A stretch of DNA of 62,816 bases, filler included, from Octopus bimaculoides (GCF_001194135.2; 4 parts of 4 records of this genome joined end to end with filler, not necessarily neighbours in it); one strand, 5' to 3'; shown: positions 12,323 through 25,234, counted from the first letter of the whole stretch. Notes: generated by a model not told the origin, from the letters alone. Made by a program: numbers and translations.

Positions 12323-12637
12323 TGCTTTGGCGTGTGATCTACAAGAGAGATTACTTTAGGTTACTTTTTATTTGACTTTTCGATTTCTAAAAACCCGTAA
12401 GATAGATGTTGGCTAAAGTTTTTTACAATGTGATTAGCGACGAGACGAAGGCAGTTGCATTTTTACAAGAAACCAGCACTAAATTCACATCATTTCTTAA
12501 GAAAAAGAATGGTGTCACTTTGGCGTGTGATCTACATTTTAAAGGGAGATTACTTTAGGTTACTTTTTATGGATTTTATTATTTAATTCAGTATAATAGA
12601 AAAAAGTAATCTCCCTTGTAGATCACACGCCAAAGCA
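12323..12637. repeat. MITE-like unit with two direct and one inverted copy of a ~32-bp motif
   Basis: ctttggcgtgtgatctaca..g.gagattacttt at 12325 and 12518; reverse complement at 12601-12635. Confidence 0.65.
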
Positions 12638-13134
12638 GCACCCAATTCCTGTTAAATCTACTTTTTTTTATTTACTCACAGCAAAATTGTAAGACTCATC
12701 AAATGCAACATCAGAATCACGTGCGCAGCAAATCTACAATTGATGCAGCAAAGAAGTGCCAACATAACCACATGTAATTAATCGCTGCAACATAAGAGGT
12801 ACATACATAATAACTGCTAAAAAGTGCATTCATAAGAAATAGTGTGAAAATACAACAGTGAACTGACATTATGGTGAAATGTAACTTTTTAGTATAGTGG
12901 CTGTTATGAGTGATAAATAACATATAGCCGCCATACGACACCCTGTCAAATAGTAAGTGCAGAAAATGCATTCACTGCAAAATACTACAACAAAATGCCA
13001 TTATGATGAAGTGCTGCGGACTGTTCTTCGTTTTTGCTATTATGGTAACTGTGAAGAATTTGTTATGCGATAATGATGTATAATGTTGCAGTAGTTCGAC
13101 TTTATCTTCTTATATTTGATTTGTTTTAGTTATT

Positions 13135-13342
13135 AGACTGCGGTCATGCTGGGGCACCGCCTCGAAGAATTTTAATCGAATGAATCGACCCCTGTACATA
13201 CTTTTTATTTAAAAGCCTGGTACTTATTTTCTCGGTCTCTTTTGCTGAACCGCTAAGTTACGGAGACCTAAACACACCAACATCGGATGTCAAACGATGC
13301 TGGGGGGACAAATACACCCACCCACCCACATACACACACACA

Positions 13343-13387
<45 letters not shown>

Positions 13388-13552
13388 TCTTACGACGGAC
13401 TTCTTTTTTTAGTTTCCATCTATCAAATCCACTTACAAGGCTATGGTCAGCCCGAGGCTATAGTAGAAGATACTTGCCCAAGGTGTCACTAGTGGGACTG
13501 AATCCGGAACCATATGGTTGGGAAGCAAGCTTCTTACCACACAGCCACGCCT
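13135..13552 (-). mobile_element. SINE family A, full length
   Basis: Same head, body and tail as the other A copies; internal (CA)/(CT) microsatellite. Confidence 0.9.
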
Positions 13553-15274
13553 AAGATTTGTTATATGAATAAAATAGAGTGCTCCATACGTGCGCAGAGT
13601 GAACATACACATATAGCGTGAAACAACTCTTTATGAAATATGTATTATCGGTTGAAGTTTCATGCCCAACTAATTAATTCATAAGTTAGGTCCTCGTGAA
13701 ACAATGAGTTGGCTAACAATGTTAGAAGTTCCGAAGACAAAGTATGCACATTGATGTCGGTGAATTAGCTATTCCCTCATATTTGATCAGATGTTTGACC
13801 GAATTTGCAGAAGGAATAAAAAACCAAAAATGTTAAATAAACATTGGTAAATAAAAAATGATCTGCACATGATTTCTCCGTTGTTTAAGGTCAAAGAATT
13901 GTAAAAGTAAAGAAAAGAAAAACCCGGATGTAATTAATATTGTTTTAACTGGTGGTTGTTTTTTGGAAATTCTAACACTGTTTTGCCAAATCATTGTCTG
14001 ACGATTGCTTAATTGCTTAATTAATTGGTTGCGCACGAAACTCAGGGGTAAGTAATATATTATATAAAGGATTTTCTTTCTCTGTTTCTGTCTCTCCTTC
14101 TCCTCTCTTGAATGTGTGTGTATGTGTGTGAGAGAAAGTGGGGGAAGAGGAGAGAGAGAGAGAGGGAGAGGAGAGAGAGGGAGAGGAGAGAGAGAGAGAG
14201 AATTTCAAAATACATATCTTGAAGACATTGATCAAATGCATATTGGCAGAAGGACTTATTTTTAGAAAAGCATATTCATAGAAAGACAAATTGAACGAAA
14301 AGGTGTTAGTCGAAGAAAACGAATGCAATTATTCACTGAGATCAACCATAAACTTTTTAGAGTGCTAAAATCTAAAAATTGTTACTATATGAATAAGAAT
14401 TGACAGGTCGTATATAATCTGCAAAATTTGATGTAGGCTTGATGAAATCATTTATGATAGCCATAAAATATAAACATTTGATCGGGACTGTAATTTGAAC
14501 TCGCACCCACAAAGTTTGATTTTCTATATTATGTAAAGTAAGTTTTAAAAAAAAGAAAGTAAAAGAACAAAAGAAAGGAGAAGCAGGTAACGAGAAGTGT
14601 CAATCGTGTAAAAGAAAGAGAAAAATAGTGACAGTAACGGAAGTTAAAAAGAGAGATACAGCAACGAAAATTAAAAGCACCAGGTGAGAAAGAGAAAGAA
14701 GTGTTGATAGTATTAGAGCGGCAGAGTTAGAAAAGACCAAAAGTCAATGAACGCAAGATAAGAGAGGAAGAGAGAAGTAGAAGGAGAGAGAGAAAGGGGG
14801 AAGGAGGGATAGATAGATAGTTTGTTAGATAGAGATTCACACAGTTACAGGAGAGAAACTTTTATACACCGGCGTGCCCATACACACATAGGTTAGCTTC
14901 ATATACACCACACACATGCTTACATATTCACACACATACACGCGCACACGTTAGCTTCATATCTTCACATGCTTCATATCCGCACGTATGTCAGGTCACT
15001 GTTGTCTCCCTTGCCACGAATGCCTCAATCAACCTCACAGTTGTCTCTCTTGCCGCGCACGCCTCTAGCGCCCGCCTCCTTTTCCGGTCATTTCAGCATG
15101 TGGTAATTTCTAATTGAGACATGTTTCTTCTTTCTTCTTCCCATTTTCCCCTCTCCTCGTCTATTCTTTCTGTAGAAGAGAGTATGTAAACGACTTTTAA
15201 TTTTTCCCGAGCGTAAGCAATAATACACCCAGTTTTTTTTCATCTCGTCTTCGTATTTATTTTACTTTTGTTGA

Positions 15275-15722
15275 CGCTGCTGTGTAATTAGAAGCTTGCT
15301 TCCCAACCACTTGTTTTCGGGTTCAACCCCACTGTTTGGAACCTTCGACAGGTGTCTTCTGTTACATCCTTGGGCTGACCAAAGCCTTGTGAGTGGATTT
15401 GGTATACAGAAACAAAAAGAAACCTGTCGTACACACACACACACGCGCACATGTATGTATGTATGTATGTATGTATGTATGTATGTATGTATGTATGTGC
15501 ATGTGTGTTTCTGTCTGTGTTTGTCACCAACCACCGTTTGACAACCAGTGTTGGTGTGTCTACGTACTCGTGACTTAGCAGTTTGGTAAAAGAGACCAAT
15601 AGAATAAGTACCAGGCTTTAAAAAAGGAGTACTGAGGTTCATTCACTCGTCTAAAAGTTCTTCAAGACGATACTCCAGCATGGCCGCAGTATAATGACTG
15701 AAACAAGTAAAAGATAAAAGAT
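15275..15722 (+). mobile_element. SINE family A, full length
   Basis: gctgtgtaattagaagcttgcttcccaaccac...gggttcaacccc head; internal (CA)/(TATG)n; tail ccagcatggccgcagt..tgactgaaacaagtaaaagataaaag. Confidence 0.9.
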
Positions 15723-15875
15723 TATATATATGTGTGTGTGCTTGAAAAGTTGAACAATGAAAGCGCTTACACACAATACGGATACTTCATTCCAAAATGT
15801 TCGTGTCATCTTGTTTTTCAAAATGTTTTTTAAATAGTTAATAACTTTTAAGAAAATCTTTCTTCAAATATCGAT

Positions 15876-16012
15876 TTCAAATTTGGGCAGAAGGCTAGCA
15901 TTTCCGAGGGAAAAAGTTAGGTGAATTAAATCGACTCCGGTACTCATCTGGTTCTTATTTTATCGACCCTGAAAGATGAAAAGCAAAGTCGACCTTGGCG
16001 GAATTTGAACCT
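15876..16012 (-). mobile_element. SINE family B, head-truncated
   Basis: ttatcgaccctgaaagatgaaaagcaaagtcgaccttggcggaatttgaac shared with about 10 copies in the window. Confidence 0.8.
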
Positions 16013-16540
16013 TGAACCTAATCTTTTTTGAAATATTGTAACTAAATCAAGTATTTTTTGCAAATAAGTATAGAGAGATTCACACTCCCCTACTCAGACG
16101 TTGCAGCAATGGGTGTCTCTCGCAGCAAGCTTTCAGACAATTACCACCTACGCTAATACACGACCTCATCCCATCATTGAATTTTTGATTGAGTGTCTTG
16201 CACTTCTCTGTCAAGATCAGGTAGTCTATGTACCACAAAATAGAGTATTGAAAATTAAGCAGTGTCAATATAAAATATATAAGTTTATATATTTATGTTG
16301 GTTAAATATCAAAATTAGAGAGATCAGTTATATAGATGTAATGAAGTTACGAGTCAAAAGGTTGAAATTAATTGAGAAAGAAAAACAAAACCGATGTTCC
16401 TAACAAAAACTCCCGAAAATCCAGAATCTTAACGATTCTATTAACCAATAATGTCACACTATTATTGAGAATAAGGCAAATTAATTAAAATCATACAGGT
16501 GAAGTAGATAAGTCAGATAACTTCTATAATAATTTAAAAT

Positions 16541-16854
16541 TGCACCTTCTCCTCGATTTACGACCTATGCGACTTACGACCATCCGCATTTACGACCACA
16601 AAAGTAAAAGATAAAGAAAAAATCGATTTTCCGGCGTTGGGCAGCTGCGCGTACGATAACTATGGCAGCATCTGGTAACAGATTTCCATCAGACCCAGGC
16701 ATCCGCTGTCTACCACTGTCTCTCTCACTCAGTCACTTTCAAGCATCAGTTACATGAATGAAAATAGTGTTGAAAAATATAATCTGACATACGACCAGAT
16801 CGACTTATGACCTGTCAGTCGGAACGGAACTCGGTCATAAGTCAAGGAGGTGTA
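16541..16854. mobile_element. Tigger/pogo-like MITE
   Basis: Imperfect TIRs tgcaccttctcctcgatttacgacc / ggtcataagtcaaggaggtgta; internal repeats of the cgacttacgacc motif typical of Tigger-type ends; TA at the right flank. Confidence 0.7.
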
Positions 16855-17873
16855 TAATGAGTATTAGGAAAATGACAAAAGAATTATAAAGAATTCTACA
16901 GAGGATGAATGGAGGATGAAGCAAATATTAAAAAGATACCACTTAAGGTTAGAAACAAACTGAATAAAGTTAATAAATTATGAAATATATAAAATATAAA
17001 GTTTACGAATGTGCATCCTTCGGTAACTGTCTTTAGAACTAAAGGTGTACAAAAGTAACTTTAAAATCTCCAGTTAAATGCATTAATAGTATTAAGATAC
17101 GCTGATAATATAATCCATGAATCTTATTGCGAGTAATTAAGCTATATATTGTAGGGTTATAGACACTTATCTAGGGCCCGTCGAAGACTATAGAATCAGA
17201 TGAAATTATTTGAACGTTGTGTAGAATAGTTTGCATATGATCCATGATTCACTTGATCTATTCATAACATCACCCGTAAATTTAAAGGTTTCCAGCAATT
17301 TCAAACAGCAGAGATAACAACCATATCTATCACCAACTTAGCATGTCCAACAACGTTCTACGTTGGATGAAAATCAATATTTTTGTCCTTTAACTTTTAG
17401 ACCTTCGCGGTAGGTGAGGTTGCTTTCGCTCTTTCTCTCCTAAATGTATGAAGACGATTATGTCAACTTGATTAAAAATTGGAAGAAGAGGAACCTACGT
17501 AAATATGCAGATTAGTTTCAACATAAACATTTATTTACTATATTTTTGGTAGGTTTATTTCCTAGCGGGCATTTACATTTCTTCTTACAATTACACAATC
17601 TAGTTAACATTGGGATAGGAATATTGCGGGTTACATAACAAATACTGTTATGCAGCACACAACCACAATCAATATAGTTGTTATGTGCGTTAGCCAATCC
17701 ATCAACACTTACATTACCATAATTCATATGCTGTTGAATGATGTCTGTAATAGGTATAACTCAGTCTCCTAAATGTTTCAAAATGATTACACTCGTTATC
17801 GTTATTACTACTATTGCATTTTTTGTTCTTGCCATGACTATCATTACAACTATTCACTCTAGTTCATCTAGTA

Positions 17874-18568
17874 CAGGCCTGGCCAACTCGAATTACATTG
17901 CGGGCCACTTTAAGTACAGAAAGTTTTTTGAGGACGGCTTGTATACTTTATGCACTAATAGTCAAATATTCAAATTACAGAATCAAGAATTTTTCATACT
18001 TTTCGTTTGTTTAAAATTATAAAATTGTAGGCTATTGCTTTATTGCCACTTATAAAAGAACGTTTCAAATAGTTGTGGTTTTTATGCTACAATCTCTCTT
18101 TTACTGACAAACACTTATTACATCGATCACTTTATCCAGAAAAGTATGGTATGTAGTTAAAGCACTACTACTAGAGTTAGAATATTGTATGATAGAATGT
18201 ATATTTTACTTACACTTAATATATAATACATATGCGCTCAGTCTTTCGAAGACTTATTTTAAAGTGTATACATAAACGTGCGTACATATAAAAGATAGCA
18301 AAAAAGACGTTCAATTAGCACTTGCAAACTACATACGCGTGCTACTAGAACAGAGCACTGCTGACAGAATTGAAAGCATTTTGCTTTTTCATGCTATTAT
18401 TACAATAATGAATGAATGATCGTTGATGCAACATGAAATATTATTGTTGCAAAAACAGTAGTATCTTTCTTTTTACAATCTTTAATTTTTGATAAAATGT
18501 TAAAAATGTTTGTTTAAATAAACCCATTTCAAGAAAGTATCAAGCGGACCTCAGGTTGGCCAGCCCTG
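17874..18568. mobile_element. hAT (Charlie-like) MITE
   Basis: TIRs caggcctggccaac / gttggccagccctg; 8-bp TSD atctagta / atctagaa, matching the nTCTAGAn preference of Charlie-type hATs. Confidence 0.85.
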
Positions 18569-18647
18569 ATCTAGAATTAGTGTTTTTGTTATACGAATCG
18601 TATGATTATTCCTTATGCCATTATTATAGTTAATATCAGTATTAATG

Positions 18648-18747
18648 NNNNNNNNNNNNNNNNNNNNNNNNNNNNNNNNNNNNNNNNNNNNTTAATTAAT
18701 TAANNNNNNNNNNNNNNNNNNNNNNNNNNNNNNNNNNNNNNNNNNNN
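18648..18747. other. Assembly spacer: 44 N + TTAATTAATTAA + 44 N
   Basis: Identical 100-nt construct recurs at 37759-37858 and 60849-60948; it carries stops in all six frames. Confidence 0.9.
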
Positions 18748-19006
18748 AAAACAGAAACAATTCCTATCATAGTAGGTGCCTTAGGTATAATAAAAAAATA
18801 TTCAGACAAATACATAACAAAAACACCAGGACTTACAAATATATATAACATACAGAAAATTGCACTACTGGGTACTGCACACATTCTACGCAAAACACTT
18901 TCAATACAGTAAACATAAGAGCACCACAGCAAACCACAGCACATACCCAAGGCGCACAGAGCTGCGCTCGGTAGTGAAGTGAAAGCACGTTATAAAAATA
19001 AAACTA

Positions 19007-19036
<30 letters not shown>
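18748..19036 (+). mobile_element. 3' end of a second R4/Dong-clade element with (TAA)n tail
   Basis: Open frame KTETIPIIVGALGIIKKYSDKYITKTPGLTNIYNIQKIALLGTAHILRKTLSIQ* (stop 18910-18912), the typical RLE C-terminus; short 3' UTR with gcgca/tgcgc hairpin; (AAT)n tail from 19010. Confidence 0.88.
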
Positions 19037-19037
<1 letters not shown>

Positions 19038-19039
19038 TA

Positions 19040-19785
19040 CACGAGGTGTGATCAATAAGTATCAGGACTGCTGCCTTAGTAACGAAGCTAATGCATGCAG
19101 AGTGAAGCCACTTGCCACAGATTGATCTTGAACTCTGTTGTGTATGCGCACAAAGATTTAACGTTCTAGCTTACTTCCACTATTTACAGCAGCGAATGCA
19201 AGAAACGTGTGTAGCGTGTGATCGTCACATTCACCATAACAGAAAGTTGTCATAGCGATGCCTGCTCAAAGGCCTACGCAAAGTTGTAGAAAGTGTATGG
19301 AGAGCAGTGTATGAACTGAACACAAGTGGTTCAGACGTTTCCAAGGTGGCCGAAAAAATATCGATAGTGACGAACGTTCTGGGAGACCCGTAACCAGCAG
19401 AACTGAGAAAAAACACTGCAGATATCCGTGCAGCTGTAAGGGGAAACCGTTGAATCACCATCCGTGAGTCATCAGACGATGTGCAGATTAATTACGGTTT
19501 AGTTCAGTCCGTTAGCACTGAAAATTTAGGTATCAGACGCCTGTCTGCCAAGTTTGTGCCAAAACTGCTTTCGTTTGACCAAAAAGACACCCGGATTTCA
19601 GTTGCACAAGATCTCTGAGAACGAAGAAAGCCTGAAAACTTTGCGTAGGCCTCTTAGTTGGTATCGCCAAGCTTTTGACAAAATTTGATGCAGGTTCAAG
19701 GTCAATCTGTACTAAGCGGCTTTACATTGCGTGCTTTAGCTTCGTTATTATGGCAATAGTCCGGATACTTATTCATCAGACCACG
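19040..19785 (+). mobile_element. Internally deleted mariner with ~95-bp TIRs
   Basis: TIR cacgaggtgtgatcaataagtatcaggact...cagattgatcttgaac versus its reverse complement at 19693-19785; TA flanks; decayed transposase HKWFRRFQGGRKNIDSDERSGRP...RLSAKFVPKLLSFDQK. Confidence 0.88.
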
Positions 19786-19797
19786 TATATATATATA

Positions 19798-21002
19798 CAG
19801 AGGTTGGACAAAGTAATGGAAACACCTTAAAATTTCAAACAAATTTATTCTAATATGGGGTAGGACCGCCTTTGACAGTAATTACAGCTTGAATTTTACG
19901 AGGTATGGACTCGTACAAAATTTTAATTGTTTCCAAAGGAATTTTTGTCCATTCTTCCTCTAAAACAGTCACCAGTTCTTGAAGTGATGATGGTGGAGGA
20001 TATCAATTCCTTACTTGTTTTTCGAAACTACACTATAAATGTTCAATAATACTGAGATTTGGGGACTGTGGTAGCCAGATAAGATGTTCGACTTCACTAG
20101 AAGGTTCCTCGTGCCATTCAGTAACAACTTTAGCTGTGTGAATTAGTGCATCATTATCCTGAAAGATTGCATTTCCCTCCGGTAACAGTTCCGCAACCAT
20201 AGTATGAATTTAATCAGATAAAATGCTTAAATAGTCTTGACTATTAATTCTGCCATGAAGGGAAACGATTGGACCGGTGGATTTCCAAGATATAACTCCC
20301 CCAGTTCATCACAGATCTTCCCCCATGTTTAACACTTGGAAGAAGGCAGTCTGGGTCAAATGCTTCTTTTGGCTGTCTCCATACGTATACTCGGCCGGTA
20401 AAGTAAAGGATGACTCGTCCGAGAAAATAACATTCTTCCACTGCTCTAGGGACCAATTCTGTAGGTTTTTACTCCACCCTAAACGCTTTGCAGCATTTGT
20501 TTTTGAAAGTAGTGGTTTTCTGATTGCAGCCATCCTGTGNNNNNNNNNNNNNNNNNNNNNNNNNNNNNNNNNNNNNNNNNNNNNNNNNNNNNNNNNNNNN
20601 NNNNNNNNNNNNNNNNNNNNNNNNNNNNNNNNNNNNNNNNNNNNNNNNNNNNNNNNNNNNNNNNNNNNNNNNNNNNNNNNNNNNNNNNNNNNNNNNNNNN
20701 NNNNNNNNNNNNNNNNNNNNNNNNNNNNNNNNNNNNNNNNNNNNNNNNNNNNNNNNNNNNNNNNNNNNNNNNNNNNNNNNTTTACCTCTTTGAAAGTTCG
20801 ATAGATCTGTCATTTTAATGAATTTTAATTACCTTTTTCTGATGATATCTTACAAGAAAGTGCAATTTTAGCGAAACATATTAAGCAACATTCATAATAA
20901 ATCAAAAAACATAAAAATGAACAAGCTTTTGACGGTTTTCTAGATATTTCAAAATTATGATGCTATGATGCTAGGTGTTTCCATTATTTTGTCCAACCAC
21001 TG
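19798..21002 (-). mobile_element. Tc1-family transposon with decayed DD34E-type transposase
   Basis: 30-bp TIRs cagaggttggacaaagtaatggaaacacct / aggtgtttccattattttgtccaaccactg; minus-strand AAIRKPLLSKTNAAKRLGW...VIFSDESSF...KHGG..IFQDDN...WLPQSPNLSIIEHL; gap at 20540-20780. Confidence 0.92.
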
Positions 21003-21185
21003 ACAAAGACAGGTGGTTTAGACAACAAACAGATGTATTATTTTAACACTCGGGAAGTGAAAAAGTCTTTAACGTATCAAGCCTACGCTCTTCCACAGAA
21101 AGGAACACAGAAAGAAACAGGGAGAGAAAATAAACAATGTGTAGTGGCTAGCAATCTATCATGGCGAATGCCGGACAGAGGGGTC
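21003..21185 (-). mobile_element. Short Penelope-like (pLTR-type) repeat with a variant hammerhead-like motif
   Basis: Minus strand reads cttt CTGTGGA a gagc gtag gctt GATAC gtt aaag; a related degenerate copy lies at about 15100-15235 on the + strand. Confidence 0.5.
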
Positions 21186-21862
21186 ACACAATAGAGCTAG
21201 GAAGAAGGGGAGATAATAAAGTAGTGGTGGTACCAAAACGAAGGTGCGCGTGCGTGTGTATATGAGCGCGTGTATGCACGTGTGGAAGAGGGCTGGTGAC
21301 CTTCACGTGTGCAAGTGTGTATGTGTTGGTGCGTGAGTGATGGTGTGGGTGCTGAGAAGTGGTTAGTGCTAGTGTATACGTGGTAGTGTGAAGTGAGATA
21401 GTGTGGTATGGTAGTGTGTGGTGTGGTGGTGGGAGAGGCGAGACTGGGGAAAGCAAGGGTGGGGGNNNNNNNNNNNNNNNNNNNNNNNNNNNNNNNNNNN
21501 NNNNNNNNNNNNNNNNNNNNNNNNNNNNNNNNNNNNNNNNNNNNNNNNNNNNNNNNNNNNNNNNNNNNNNNNNNNNNNNNNNNNNNNNNNNNNNNNNNNN
21601 NNNNNNNNNNNNNNNNNNNNNNNNNNNNNNNNNGTGGGGTGGGATGGGATGGATAGGGAAGATGGGGTCGAATTGTGTAGGGGTGGGGTTACGAGGGAAG
21701 AATGACGATGAAGGGAGAGGAGGAAGGGAGAAGGTGGGTAGGAGTGAATAGAAAAGAGAAGGATGGTAGGAGTGAAGAGAAGAAGTAGGAGTCGGGGCAA
21801 GAGAGGAGAGGTGGGTGGAAGGAAGTAGCTGTGAGAGGAAGAGAGGAGAGGGGAGGAGGATT

Positions 21863-21909
21863 AGATGCGTCTGTGTGTGTGTATGTGTGCGTGTGTGTGT
21901 GTGTGTATG

Positions 21910-22003
<94 letters not shown>

Positions 22004-22072
22004 TATATATACATATATGTATGTATGCATGCATACATGTTCGTATGTATGTATGTGTGTGTGTATGTGGGC

Positions 22073-22120
<48 letters not shown>

Positions 22121-22237
22121 ATATATACACATAATATATATACATATATGTATGTATGCATGCATACATGTACGTATGTATGTATGTGTGTATGTGTGTG
22201 TGTGTACGTATGTGTGTGTGTGTACGTGTGTGTGTGT

Positions 22238-22272
<35 letters not shown>

Positions 22273-22302
22273 CGTATACGTGTGTGTGTGTGTATGTGTG
22301 TG
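21863..22302. repeat. Compound (TG)/(TA)/(TATG) microsatellite
   Basis: Directly visible; source of many spurious ORFs. Confidence 0.95.
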
Positions 22303-22928
22303 AGAGTAAATTTTAAGCTGGCAACTACTTTTCCATTACTCAAAACAATAGATCTGCGGTAAAAAAAAACTTGAAGTAATGGAAACGTTACTTACTTTAT
22401 GTAGGATAATACATAGTTATTTTGTATAACATATTCTGGATTGCTGCATCACAAAATGTATTTAATTCATATTGACATTGTTATCATTCTCTAATTGATT
22501 TAATTCGTTTTANNNNNNNNNNNNNNNNNNNNNNNNNNNNNNNNNNNNNNNNNNNNNNNNNNNNNNNNNNNNNNNNNNNNNNNNNNNNNNNNNNNNNNNN
22601 NNNNNNNNNNNNNNNNNNNNNNNNNNNNNNNNNNNNNNNNNNNNNNNNNNNNNNNNNNNNNNNNNNNNNNNNNNNNNNNNNNNNNNNNNNNNNNNNNNNN
22701 NNNNNNNNNNNNNNNNNNNNNNNNNNNNNNNNNNNNNNNNNNNNNNNNNNNNNNNNNNNNNNNNNNNNNNNNNNNNNNNNNNNNNNNNNNNNNNNNNNNN
22801 NNNNNNNNNNNNNNNNNNNNNNNNNNNNNNNNNNNNNNNNNNNNNNNNNNNNNNNNNNNNNNNNNNNNNNNNNNNNNNNNNNNNNNNNNNNNNNNNNNNN
22901 NNNNNNNNNNNNNNNNNNNNNNNNNNNN

Positions 22929-22933
22929 AGTAT

Positions 22934-22986
<53 letters not shown>

Positions 22987-23003
22987 GAGATAGATAGAGA
23001 GAG

Positions 23004-23075
<72 letters not shown>
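22929..23075. repeat. (GATA)n microsatellite
   Basis: Directly visible; further (GATA)n arrays at about 47040-47120 and 52080-52205. Confidence 0.95.
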
Positions 23076-24692
23076 GGTTGAAAAAAAATGGACAGACGGA
23101 CGAATTGATGCATGGATTTTATTGTAGCTATAAGGAGTAAATTTATATCAGGAAAATACTTTTGAGGAAATTGAACAATAAATCAAAATATAACTGGTTT
23201 CGTCAGCTTTCGACTTTATTACGCTTAATGTGTATGTGTGGCTGCATATTATCCTTGTGTGTGTGTGTGTTTCCGTGCGTCTGCATATATCTTACCGTGT
23301 TTTTGTGTGTATCTATATCGCGTGTTTGAGCCTGTTTAAACCTTCTCACTACCTAGAAAAACAATAGGTGATTGTGGGGAAAATTATCAACTTAAAATAC
23401 ACGAGGGAGATATATTCTCTTTTTACTTGGCCGATGGAAATGTCTCAATTTGTTTTCATTATTTGGAAGTGATGAAATTTGCACTGAAACATTGAAGAAA
23501 GTAATTACTTGATGCAAATAGATAATGCCTACTTGAATATTCTATTTATCATCGATCGATATTTTTCACATCAAAATACTATTTTCTTGTATATCAAGCA
23601 GAACTGTATTTAATGAATTGCTCCTATTAGACAAGAGAGAAACATGCAACCTAATTTACACCTTGTAACAGAGCTAGCCTAGCTTAAAGATACAAAGCTA
23701 ATTTAAAGGTAATAGGAAATTTCGAAAAGCTGAAAGTAAACTAATACAAGGAAGAATAGAAAGTCTTGTTCATGGCGAAAAAGAGGTAAAGTTTTTTTTA
23801 ACTCATTCAATACATACATAGGCTGCTCGGCGAAACAAAGAATTGCAACTGTAAATATATCAATGTTGGTAGGTTGTTATGAGTTATGTAAGTGACAGAG
23901 GTTAATTAGTTTGGACGAAAAACAAAATTGGCGCTTTTAAGGAAATTGGTAAACATGAAACAATACACACACACACACACACGCACACACACACCGGCTC
24001 TCACATACATAAGCATATATGTGTATGTGTGTGTATGTATGTATGTATGCATGTATATATTTATGTGTATATGTATTTATGTATGTTCATGTGTGTCTAT
24101 GTATATATATATATATATATATATNNNNNNNNNNNNNNNNNNNNNNNNNNNNNNNNNNNNNNNNNNNNNNNNNNNNNNNNNNNNNNNNNNNNNNNNNNNN
24201 NNNNNNNNNNNNNNNNNNNNNNNNNNNNNNNNNNNNNNNNNNNNNNNNNNNNNNNNNNNNNNNNNNNNNNNNNNNNNNNNNNNNNNNNNNNNNNNNNNNN
24301 NNNNNNNNNNNNNNNNNNNNNNNNNNNNNNNNNNNNNNNNNNNNNNNNNNNNNNNNNNNNNNNNNNNNNNNNNNNNNNNNNNNNNNNNNNNNNNNNNNNN
24401 NNNNNNNNNNNNNNNNNNNNNNNNNNNNNNNNNNNNNNNNNNNNNNNNNNNNNNNNNNNNNNNNNNNNNNNNNNNNNNNNNNNNNNNNNNNNNNNNNNNN
24501 NNNNNNNNNNNNNNNNNNNNNNNNNNNNNNNNNNNNNNNNNNNNNNNNNNNNNNNNNNNNNNNNNNNNNNNNNNNNNNNNNNNNNNNNNNNNNNNNNNNN
24601 NNNNNNNNNNNNNNNNNNNNNNNNNNNNNNNNNNNNNNNNNNNNNNNNNNNNNNNNNNNNNNNNNNNNNNNNTATACGAACATGAATATATA

Positions 24693-25234
24693 TTGTGTCA
24701 TCTCATAAATAATGCGGGTTTTTTTCAGTTACATGAACTAAAAGTCGGAGGTTGGACGGGATAAACTACTTGCATCAACTTGCTATAAAAGCAAGTAGTA
24801 ATTTTACTTTGTCCTTATTCTTAGTGCAGGTTTTGAAGAGTGCAGTTCGATTTTAACAGATATTTTTTTCAAAGCTATAATGGAAGTGACAAAAGAGCAT
24901 ATTCGGCGTATTTTGCTTTATGAGTTCAATAAAAGCAACACAATGGAAAGTGCGAGGAATACAAACGCAGATTATGGGGATTGGACAATAAGCGTAGGCC
25001 AGTGTCAACGATGGTTCCAGAAATTCTGTAGACGAAGTCAGAATAGTGCTGGAGGAATATTTTTCGCCATGGACAAGTGAATTTTGGAAGAGGAGCCTTG
25101 CAAGTCTACCTGATAGATGGAAGAGCATTGTAGAAAATGAAGAGGCGTATATTTTTGATTAAAAAGAACTTTGTTTATCTTAATTTTGAAAAATAAAAGT
25201 ATATAAAAACCGCATTATTTATGGTATGACCCAA
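24693..25234 (+). mobile_element. Internally deleted mariner (non-autonomous)
   Basis: TIRs ttgtgtcatctcataaataatgcgggtttttt / aaaaaccgcattatttatggtatgacccaa with TA flanks; N-terminus MEVTKEHIRRILLYEFNK...QCQRWFQKF joined directly to C-terminus FWKRSLASLPDRWKSIVENEEAYIFD*. Confidence 0.9.

Noticed and set aside
18692-18703. TTAATTAATTAA as a conserved motif (three occurrences)
   Set aside because: Always centred in an exact 44N+12+44N block; an assembly spacer.
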